Source: a virus (lineage: Duplodnaviria > Caudoviricetes). Taken from it: a DNA stretch of 32,493 bases. The stretch lies in IMG/VR virus record IMGVR_UViG_3300049733_000162, positions 1 through 32,493 of that record. One strand, given 5' to 3'. Shown in pieces: positions 24,842 to 32,493 of the stretch. Below the pieces are notes generated by a model, which was not told the DNA's origin, ran no database searches, and worked only from the letters and a program-made list of their open reading frames with translations. Position numbers and translations under genes: made by a program. Each line of letters starts with the position of its first letter. The first letter of the stretch is position 1.

Positions 24842-25124
24842 CAGTCGGCGCCAATTGCGCTTGTCCTGTGGTGCGTACAAAGCCCCGGAGCGCTGCCGAA
24901 CCTTCGGGACTCAGGAGCTTTCCAGACTTGGCGAGCCCGCGCACCATGGCCCGTCCCGGTTCGCTCACCAGTACAAATGGTAGCGCCGTCATGATGGCCG
25001 ACTGCCGCCATATGATCAGCCCTTGCCCAATCATGGCCACAATGAGGCCCGCCACAATGGGCTTAAAAAAGGCAGCCATCCAGCGGTCGATCGCGCCAGG
25101 CGTGACGGGTGCCTGATCGTCCAC
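24831..25124 (-). CDS. chimeric TM protein carrying a second copy of the ejection-protein C-terminus
   Basis: C-terminal ~45 aa align with the end of 25126..26532. Confidence 0.55.
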   Translation of the reverse strand: MDDQAPVTPGAIDRWMAAFFKPIVAGLIVAMIGQGLIIWRQSAIMTALPFVLVSEPGRAMVRGLAKSGKLLSPEGSAALRGFVRTTGQAQLAPTDDQ

Positions 25125-25125
25125 C

Positions 25126-26532
25126 TCACGGCGCCGCCAGTTGGCCAGAGGTCTGCAGGAAGCCTCGCAGCGCCGCCGCGCCGGTTGGCGTCAACAGGCG
25201 ATCAGCGCGCATGAGGCCCTTGACGAGGCCGCGCCCCGGCGCACTCGCCAGCGCCATGCTCAGCAGCCAGGGCATTGAGGCCGCGAGACCGGTCATCAGG
25301 GGATCGCCGCCAGACGCCGCAAATGTGGTGCCTCCGAGCCCAACGCCCATGCCCGAGCCGAACATAGCCCCCGCGACTGGCCCTATGACGGGAATGGTGG
25401 ACAGGTCTTTGAGGAGGCCGCGAATCTGGGCTTGTTCTTCGGCGCTGAATGCTCCCGCAAACAGGTCATCATGCCGCACTTTCTGGTCGAATTTCCGCAA
25501 CATGGCCCCAGCATTCAGGCGCCCCGTGCCTTGGCCCTGTACGGATTCCGTGATACTGCCCTCGATGATATCGCGGAGGTCATCTACGGCCCGCTCTTTG
25601 CGATAGGTCTTGTTGGCCGCTCGCAAGAGGCTGGCCAGTGGGGTGCCTTCCTCCGCTGCCATGCGTTCGATATCGCGCCAAATGGCACCGTCGAGCTGCG
25701 CCAGCGCATGTCGTTCCTCGCCCTTCGCGGACCATAGCGCATCTCTGACGCGCTTCTGGGCCAACCAGAGGGTCTGAAAATCCGTACCTTCGTCGGCCAT
25801 GGTGCCGAGCGCTTCCGCGGTGTCTCGAATCAGCGGCGATTGCAGCGCACGCGGGAGTGTGCCCTCTTTGCCTAAGAGCTTCCCCACCTCGCTGGCCACT
25901 TCTGGCAGCTTCACCGGCATATTTTCTTTCGCTACGGCGGCATAGAGCACGTCGCTGGTCACGTTCGGCGTGAGACTCGTTGGCAAGGCCCTGGCTTGCT
26001 CCATGCCAATATCCTGCATGGCCGTCCCGACACCGGGTAAGCGCCGCGCGACGCCCTTCACCAGCGCCCCAGCGGCCCGCCCCGCCGCGGGAAATGCCAA
26101 TGAGGCCACATCCCCGCCCATGCCCGGTTCTTCCAGCCCCAGCGCGACATTGGCCCGCCGTGCCGCAAAGCTGCCAGCCGTCTCGCCTAACAGTGTGCCA
26201 CCCGGCACGGGAGACGCCGCCCCGAGAGCGGCACCGGCCACCGGCAAGCCAATGCCGAGCGCTTGCGCCAGACCGAATTTCACGGCAGGCATGGCCCCTG
26301 CGGCCATCTCGCCATAGAGCTGGTGGGTGCCTTCCGGCGTGGTTGCCAGGGGCATCCCGCTCATCGGGTCGGTCACAGAGCGGGGTGTGGGCGAGGTGCC
26401 CGGTACAGGTGCCTGCGGCTGACCTGGCGTGGGCACCTCGCCCGTCTGACGTGCGCGATCCAGCATGGCTTGCTGCTTCGGTGTCAGCTTCCCCGCCCGT
26501 TCGGCTTGTATCCACAGATCCCAGTCTGGCAT
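25126..26532 (-). CDS. internal virion/DNA ejection protein
   Basis: 468 aa, A/G-rich and helical; podovirus synteny. Confidence 0.65.
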   Translation of the reverse strand: MPDWDLWIQAERAGKLTPKQQAMLDRARQTGEVPTPGQPQAPVPGTSPTPRSVTDPMSGMPLATTPEGTHQLYGEMAAGAMPAVKFGLAQALGIGLPVAGAALGAASPVPGGTLLGETAGSFAARRANVALGLEEPGMGGDVASLAFPAAGRAAGALVKGVARRLPGVGTAMQDIGMEQARALPTSLTPNVTSDVLYAAVAKENMPVKLPEVASEVGKLLGKEGTLPRALQSPLIRDTAEALGTMADEGTDFQTLWLAQKRVRDALWSAKGEERHALAQLDGAIWRDIERMAAEEGTPLASLLRAANKTYRKERAVDDLRDIIEGSITESVQGQGTGRLNAGAMLRKFDQKVRHDDLFAGAFSAEEQAQIRGLLKDLSTIPVIGPVAGAMFGSGMGVGLGGTTFAASGGDPLMTGLAASMPWLLSMALASAPGRGLVKGLMRADRLLTPTGAAALRGFLQTSGQLAAP

Positions 26533-26533
26533 G

Positions 26534-28267
26534 TTATTGCCCCAGGGCTTTGCGAATGCTGTCCTCTTCGGCCTCCATGGCCGAATTGAGCGCCTTGAAC
26601 CGCTGGCGCTCTTCGCGCTCTTGCCGCCGCTGCTCCTGAAGAATCGCCCCGGCTTGACCCGGCTTCGCTCGTGCCAGATTCTCGGTGGTCTGCACTTTAC
26701 GGCTCAGCACGTCCTTGACCGCCTGCAGCTTGACGCGATAGTGCGGCCCGCCCCCCAGCTCGCGCCCGGTGGCAATGGCTTGCAAGAGGTTGCTGGCCTC
26801 GGTCGGGGTCAGCGCCGCGCCACCGCCTTCCGTGCGACTAAAGAGCTGTGAGTTGCGGAGCCTGACGTTGATCGCATCCCAGCGTTGAAATTCCGGGTCG
26901 GACGAAAACGCTTGCGAGGCTTGCTTGGCGGGTAGGCGGAGATAGCCCGCCCAGCGGTCAATGGCCTCGGGGGGAAACTCCTCGAGTTCGTCAATGATCG
27001 ACAGTCCTTCATTCAGCGCGTTCAGCTTCTCTTGCTGTACCGGCGTATAGCGCAAGTTCTCTAGCGCCACATCCGCCTTCGCCTGGCCCTCCGCTTGGGC
27101 AATACGCACCCGTGCCGCTTCCACCTCGGGGTTGAGAATTGACTCGCGCTCTTGCCGAGATTCTTGCTGCTGCTGTCGTGACTCCGTGATGGCAAATTGG
27201 CGCTGCTGCATGAGCCGATCGCGCTCTTGCTGGAGATTATTCAGGCGCTTCTCGATGCGTGCCGTCGGCGGGGCCTGGTTGAGGACATCGATTTGCCGCT
27301 GGATGCTGGCAATCTGGTTGTTGACGCCCATCAGATCCGGCCCACCCATGGCCTTGTAAACGCCCATGACCCGCGAGGCATAGGCGCGGCCTTCGGGACC
27401 AAGCGTGCTCGCCTCCGCATTGCCCGGCCCGGAATGGTAGGCCGTTAGGGCTTTTTCGACATCCCCCCCGAACCGCTGCAGCATCTGCCCCAGGTAGGTC
27501 ACACCCGCCTTGATATTCGCCTTCGGGTCAAAGGCTTGCGGGCCAGGCGTCAAGCCCAGCTCGCGTCCCGTCTCTGGCATGATTTGCATGAGCCCCTGCG
27601 CCCCAGCCGGGCTCACCGCCTGTGGATTGCCACCCGATTCCACACGCATCACCGAGGCGACTAAGCGCGGGTCAATCCCCTGTGCTGTGGCTTCGCGCTC
27701 GATGTCGGCTTGCCAAGCGGAGGATGGCACCATGGAGGTCTGTGCCGGGGGCGTCTCGCCCGTCTGCGCCGATTGCAGCCAGCGCTGTTCCATCTCGCGC
27801 TCTTCGCGCTGCTGCTTGAGTTCAATCCCTTTGCCGATGGTGGTCGCCATGGCGTTGAAATCCATGCCGAGATCGGCCAGCTTGGCGGCACCAAAGGAGG
27901 CATCAGCCCCGAAAATCTCCGTCATGGCGTCCAGCATCATTTGCCGGTCATCGTCGGTGGCTTTCCCCATGGCGTCGACAATGGTCTGATCAATCGGTTG
28001 CCCGGTGAGTTGCCCCGCCTGGGTGAGGTAGTGATTAATCCAGACCTTCTTGAGCGCGGGAGAGACCTGGGCCTTAAAGATATTCCCGAGCCCTTGGAGC
28101 ATATTGAGCCCTTGCTGGCGGTCCTGCATCTGGGCGAGACGTTCCTCGCGCTGCTGCTGGATCTGTAGTAGCTCATCCTGCCGGGCTTGTTCGACGCCGC
28201 GTAAGCCAAGCTGAATGCCCAGCGGGAGCCCACCCGACAATCCACCCCAGAATCCGCCTTGTGCCAT
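26534..28267 (-). CDS. internal virion protein with lytic transglycosylase (SLT) domain
   Basis: VMRVESGGNPQAVSPAGAQGLMQIMPETG...ALTAYHSGPG. Confidence 0.88.
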   Translation of the reverse strand: MAQGGFWGGLSGGLPLGIQLGLRGVEQARQDELLQIQQQREERLAQMQDRQQGLNMLQGLGNIFKAQVSPALKKVWINHYLTQAGQLTGQPIDQTIVDAMGKATDDDRQMMLDAMTEIFGADASFGAAKLADLGMDFNAMATTIGKGIELKQQREEREMEQRWLQSAQTGETPPAQTSMVPSSAWQADIEREATAQGIDPRLVASVMRVESGGNPQAVSPAGAQGLMQIMPETGRELGLTPGPQAFDPKANIKAGVTYLGQMLQRFGGDVEKALTAYHSGPGNAEASTLGPEGRAYASRVMGVYKAMGGPDLMGVNNQIASIQRQIDVLNQAPPTARIEKRLNNLQQERDRLMQQRQFAITESRQQQQESRQERESILNPEVEAARVRIAQAEGQAKADVALENLRYTPVQQEKLNALNEGLSIIDELEEFPPEAIDRWAGYLRLPAKQASQAFSSDPEFQRWDAINVRLRNSQLFSRTEGGGAALTPTEASNLLQAIATGRELGGGPHYRVKLQAVKDVLSRKVQTTENLARAKPGQAGAILQEQRRQEREERQRFKALNSAMEAEEDSIRKALGQ

Positions 28268-28269
28268 GG

Positions 28270-29049
28270 CTATCTCCCGTAGAGCCCACCCAACCGTCGC
28301 CCGAAGGCCCCACCGATCCCGCCCAGGAACGAGCCCGCGCCGATGCCGAGTAGTTGCCCCAAGAAATCCATAGCCCCCGGCTGCTGCGCATTAAACAGGC
28401 TCGCCTGGAATTGCCCTTGCCGCTGGCCCCCATACAGCCCCAGCGCTTGCCCGAGGGAATTGAGCGCGCCCACGCTATTGCCAAAGCCCGCGCCGGGCAC
28501 CTGAAACGCGCCCGCGAGGTTGGCGAGCTGCTGCTGCAATCCCCGCGCGTTCGCATCCCCACGCGCCAGGCCCAGCCCTTCGGCCAGGCTCATCTCGCCG
28601 CGCCGGGCGGAGGCCCGGAGCTCGTTGGCGCGGCTGCTCGCTTCGGCTAAGGCTTGCACGCCAGGCGTGCTGGTCGCATAGCCTGGCCCGAGCTGCTGCG
28701 CCAGGCTCTGCTCTAAGGATTGCCGACTCTCCGCAATGCCCCGCTCCAGCGCCGGGTCGACATCGAGTTCTCCCTTCAGTGCCTTCTGGCTGCGCTCGAG
28801 GTAGCCCTTCTCGATGTCTTTGCGTAGTGGGTCCAGTTCGTCAGGGATTTCCTCGAATCCCACGATCTTGCCGCCGTCATAGCGTGGCTTGAGCCCGGCC
28901 TGCTTGTACAAGAAGGGCGCAAACAAGTCTTGTAAGCGCAGTTGTTCGCTCAGCATCTCGCGTTGCTGGCGCAGCAGGTCGAGCTGAAAGCCCTGGAGTT
29001 CGCGCTCTTGGGATGACGCTTCAGGAAACCGTACACGCTTCGAGCCCAT
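28270..29049 (-). CDS. internal virion/pilot-like ejection protein
   Basis: Q/G/A-rich with a Gly-rich hydrophobic C-terminus. Confidence 0.6.
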   Translation of the reverse strand: MGSKRVRFPEASSQERELQGFQLDLLRQQREMLSEQLRLQDLFAPFLYKQAGLKPRYDGGKIVGFEEIPDELDPLRKDIEKGYLERSQKALKGELDVDPALERGIAESRQSLEQSLAQQLGPGYATSTPGVQALAEASSRANELRASARRGEMSLAEGLGLARGDANARGLQQQLANLAGAFQVPGAGFGNSVGALNSLGQALGLYGGQRQGQFQASLFNAQQPGAMDFLGQLLGIGAGSFLGGIGGAFGRRLGGLYGR

Positions 29050-29051
29050 GC

Positions 29052-29453
29052 CTAGCCCTCCAGGGTGCGCCGATACCAGGCCGCGTCCTCATCCTGGTAG
29101 AAAGGCTCAAAGTTGAGTTTATCCAGAATGCCCCGCCAGACCGTCTGGCTGTGCTCCACACCGAAGCAATAGGAGCGTACCCCCGCCTGCCACAGCACCC
29201 GTTCATACGCCTCACAGAGCCGCAGCAGCGTCACAAAAGGATGCCGAGACGTGGCGACAATCGGGCCGGCAATAATGGCTTTGTCGCTGGGAATCGTACC
29301 CAGGCAGCCAATCAGCTCGTTCTCCCGAAGCGCCACGATCGTCGGCCAGCTCAGGCGGTCGGATTCGATGCCCTGATCTTTCAAGAGCTGATGACACCGC
29401 TGATAATCCTGCGGGCTGTGGGCCAGACGATACAGGGTCTTCGTCGGGTGCAT
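29052..29453 (-). CDS. GNAT-fold-like protein
   Basis: YRLAHSPQDY, VALRENELIGCL, LDKLNFEPF; typical position before ejection genes. Confidence 0.5.
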   Translation of the reverse strand: MHPTKTLYRLAHSPQDYQRCHQLLKDQGIESDRLSWPTIVALRENELIGCLGTIPSDKAIIAGPIVATSRHPFVTLLRLCEAYERVLWQAGVRSYCFGVEHSQTVWRGILDKLNFEPFYQDEDAAWYRRTLEG

Positions 29454-30500
29454 CTATTCGGCTCCATTGGGCACGTGATAGCCAACCACTTCGATAATCG
29501 CCCCGCCACTGGTCGCCGGCGCGGCGCTGAGCTTGTAATCGAGCGAGGCGTTCGTGGTCAACCACTTGACCCAGTTGGCCGACGCCACTGTCACGCCGGT
29601 CACTTGTGCCGAGGCCGCCGCCACCACAATGCCGGCCGTCATATAGGTCGCGCTCGCGGGTCGCAAGAACAGGCCAAAGGCCGCGGTAGCGTTGTGCACA
29701 AAATTCAGGCGACAATTCAGTAGCACCTCGCGGCTGATCGATTGGGGCACTAGCGGTCCGAGATCGACGTTCGTAAATGTCGTCGCGGCGCCGTTGTTGA
29801 CGATGCGAGTCACGCCGCCGTCATCGATTTCATAGTAGACCCAGCCGTTACAGGTTCGCGTGCGCAGAAACTCCGTCGACGCATTCAGGCGCAGCGTGGT
29901 CAGATACGCCCAATGAGTATAACCTGAAGGCAAAGCTGGCCCCGCAAAGGCGCTGGGACCAACGGTGCTGGCAATCAGCCCCGGCGTGGTGCCATCGGTA
30001 ATGTAGTACAGATGCACGTAACTGTTCGCGCTAAACACCCCCGCCTGGTCGCGTCCATTGAGCACTGGCCCGGTCTGCGTGATGTCGACGGTGAACACGG
30101 TATTATTCACATCGTATGCGGGTTTCTTCGTGAGACTCGCCGCCGCAATGGTATGGGCTGAGAGGTCATACTGGGTCGTTGGGGTTGTCGCATTATTCGC
30201 CCCCAGCAGCCCCTTGACGGCCGACGTGCTGCCGGTGGGTTGATACCAGTAGGCAGTGCCATTCAGCGCCGCGATGGCATAGCGCAGCCGTTCCAGCTCC
30301 CCGGCGAGATTCGTCGCCAGGGACTCACTACCGACGCCGCCAGGGCTCGTTTGCACCCGCATCTCGGTCACGTTCGCGCTGTAATCGTCGGCGTCTTCCG
30401 GGATGTTATGGTCGACGTGGTTCTGATGATCGGCGTTATACTTTGTATGCGTGATCGTTTCCCCGTCGACGCGGCTCACAATACTATACGGATAGGGCAT
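29454..30500 (-). CDS. tail fibre/needle-like protein
   Basis: N-terminal GETITHTKYNADH, LAGELERLRYAI, LPSGYTHWAYL. Confidence 0.6.
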   Translation of the reverse strand: MPYPYSIVSRVDGETITHTKYNADHQNHVDHNIPEDADDYSANVTEMRVQTSPGGVGSESLATNLAGELERLRYAIAALNGTAYWYQPTGSTSAVKGLLGANNATTPTTQYDLSAHTIAAASLTKKPAYDVNNTVFTVDITQTGPVLNGRDQAGVFSANSYVHLYYITDGTTPGLIASTVGPSAFAGPALPSGYTHWAYLTTLRLNASTEFLRTRTCNGWVYYEIDDGGVTRIVNNGAATTFTNVDLGPLVPQSISREVLLNCRLNFVHNATAAFGLFLRPASATYMTAGIVVAAASAQVTGVTVASANWVKWLTTNASLDYKLSAAPATSGGAIIEVVGYHVPNGAE

Positions 30501-32485
30501 TAGCGCGTCCTCTCGCTGCCAGCCGTAAAGCTCAGAAATGCCTTGGCAATACTAAAATCCTGGCCCGGTTGATCGTTCGACACCTCGAGGCTCATGCGTC
30601 GCCCGCCACCCGTCAGGCGAAAGCGCCGAATCAACACGGCGCTCCCATCGGCCAGCACGCCGGCCCCGAGCTGCCAGGTGCCTAGATAATAACCGACAGG
30701 ATCCGCCGGGATAAAGCTCCCCTGCGTGGCGACTCGGGCATCCCACCAGACCGTCAGATTCACCGGCCAGCGCCCGGTGGGATTAAAGGCCAGCTCCAGA
30801 AAGGCGGCGTTCTTATCGCGGACCGCCAGGGATGGATCGGCAAAGCTGAGATCCGTCCACATGGTTTGAAATCGGCTGTCGTAGCCGACCCCATTTTTCT
30901 CATTGCCCGGCTGATCAAGATGCCAAATCTGCCCCGCATTATCGCCGGCCATCAGCTCGTGATCCTTGCCGCTGGCGCTAAAGATCGTCCCGCGCCGAAT
31001 CCACAGCGATTGACAGATATCCCGATTGGAGACGCGGAAGCGCGGGCGGTCGCTGCGGTTGAGATCGAGCACGAGGCGCTGCGTATTGACGCTCTCCCCC
31101 TTCACGCGTAGGGCAATATGCACCTCGCGCCGATAGGGGTAATAGATCATCCGTGCCCAGCGCAAGGCGTGCGTATCGGCATAGGCCCGGACGAGCTGGT
31201 CAATCTGCGTGGCACGGCTGAGGGATTGGCTGCCCAGGTTGGTAAACTCTTGCACGGCGCTCAAGAGTTGCACATCGCCCGAGGGATCGAGGAATACCAC
31301 ATCATTCTCGATTTGCACTTGCGTGACGCCGTTCAGACCTCCGTAGGCGGTCGTCAGGCGTTCGACGTGCCACGCTTCGGTGCCGATGCCTCTGGTATGA
31401 ATCGTATAGATGCCCTTGGGATACTTCCAGACAATCAGAATCCCCGAGAAACTGAGCATGCCGGAAATGTATTGCCCTTCGCCAGGGAAGACTTCCAGAC
31501 TGCCAGCGCCGGCGTTGACGCTCATGAAGTTTTCATGGTCGGTGGGCGTGGAATAGTAGACGCGGTGTGGACTATTGGCGTTACCCGCCGCCCAAAGGCG
31601 ATTCGCATGCAGGCTAGCACAGTGGGGCCAGTTCGTCCCGCTCCAATCGCTCGGGCGCCCATTCGTCGTGTTCACCGTGGGCGGGTCTTCATCGGGCAAA
31701 CTCCCCTGCGCGGTGACATCGTAGAACTCGGTATCTGAGTTGTTGTTGATCGTCGCCACCAACTTATAGCTGCTCGCGCCCGACTTATAGCGGAAGAGCC
31801 GGCGCCCTGTCGTGGTCGGGCCACCGATCGCAATCCCGACCACCTTGATCACCCCGCCGCCCGCTTGCGGCTGATAGACAGGACCGGATGGCGGGCTGGC
31901 CGTGGTTTCCCCTTCGGCGGTCAGGAACGTGATCACATAATGGTAAAAGCCCTGATCGACGTTGCCCGCGCCGACTAAGCCTGTATCCAGCGCGGCGCAG
32001 GCGGGTGGGGCCGCTAAGGGCGTGCCGCCGAGGACATTCAGGATGGTCTCCGTGCCACGCACAACGCCCGCAATGGTATTCTGGGCGAATACAAACAGTT
32101 TTTTGGAATTGCCCGCTATTTCGGCCCCGCCTTCGACAAACATGGGGGGCAGGATTTGCCCGATAAAGGCCACACCGCTCGCCACAAAAAAGGCGCCGTT
32201 GTTGTCGTCCATCTGGAGTTCGGCATTCGCCCCGTCGCTCACCACAATGACCGTGCGTTGCATCGTGGGCGTTGGCCACCAGTCAAAGCCCGCTTCGACA
32301 AAGGGCACGCTCAGCACGTTATTATTGTATTTCGTCGCGCCGCCCTCTTTGCGAATGGCCCCATCGACAAAGGAGACGTTGGTCGCCTGCAAGAGGGTAT
32401 CCGGGGGCGCCTGACCCGAGTTATTCGGCCCGATGAGCCCGCTCTCGCCCAATGGGAGTTGTAATACCTGGCCGCGGTAGGGCAC
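30500..32485 (-). CDS. tail nozzle/tubular (head-stabilisation) protein
   Basis: 661 aa with beta-propeller-like motifs HANRLWAAG, RVYYS; podovirus synteny. Confidence 0.7.
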   Translation of the reverse strand: MPYRGQVLQLPLGESGLIGPNNSGQAPPDTLLQATNVSFVDGAIRKEGGATKYNNNVLSVPFVEAGFDWWPTPTMQRTVIVVSDGANAELQMDDNNGAFFVASGVAFIGQILPPMFVEGGAEIAGNSKKLFVFAQNTIAGVVRGTETILNVLGGTPLAAPPACAALDTGLVGAGNVDQGFYHYVITFLTAEGETTASPPSGPVYQPQAGGGVIKVVGIAIGGPTTTGRRLFRYKSGASSYKLVATINNNSDTEFYDVTAQGSLPDEDPPTVNTTNGRPSDWSGTNWPHCASLHANRLWAAGNANSPHRVYYSTPTDHENFMSVNAGAGSLEVFPGEGQYISGMLSFSGILIVWKYPKGIYTIHTRGIGTEAWHVERLTTAYGGLNGVTQVQIENDVVFLDPSGDVQLLSAVQEFTNLGSQSLSRATQIDQLVRAYADTHALRWARMIYYPYRREVHIALRVKGESVNTQRLVLDLNRSDRPRFRVSNRDICQSLWIRRGTIFSASGKDHELMAGDNAGQIWHLDQPGNEKNGVGYDSRFQTMWTDLSFADPSLAVRDKNAAFLELAFNPTGRWPVNLTVWWDARVATQGSFIPADPVGYYLGTWQLGAGVLADGSAVLIRRFRLTGGGRRMSLEVSNDQPGQDFSIAKAFLSFTAGSERTR

Positions 32486-32493
32486 TAGCGGAG

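Noticed and set aside
25580-26515. 311-aa alternative-frame ORF
   Set aside because: R/G-rich off-frame translation of a high-GC gene
1-32493. Host assignment, major capsid gene, tRNA genes
   Set aside because: None recognisable in this window

Overview
A GC-rich, temperate-looking podovirus-type phage genome segment; the capsid genes lie outside the window. Minus-strand late arms: TerS, intein-containing TerL, an accessory virion block and portal (left); tail nozzle, GNAT-like protein, three ejection proteins including a lytic transglycosylase, and holin-like genes (right). The middle holds a divergent RHH pair, a tyrosine recombinase, an SF3/D5 helicase with an iteron origin, a DEDD exonuclease, a RecT-like annealase, VRR-NUC and a KH protein. 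Four things stand out. (1) A solitary Cas7/RAMP-like gene (20577-21200) directly preceded by a 5-nt-periodic GGY-NN array (20432-20567), a candidate RNA-guided system with no CRISPR array. (2) A terminase intein whose HNH homing endonuclease is a separate gene on the antisense strand, with its own promoter and RBS inside the intein. (3) Two free-standing antisense HNH cassettes that share a structured leader RNA and appear to replace the 5' end of the gene they invade. (4) A recombinase gene flanked by 11-bp inverted repeats, possibly self-inverting. All calls come from motif reading by eye; no database search was run.
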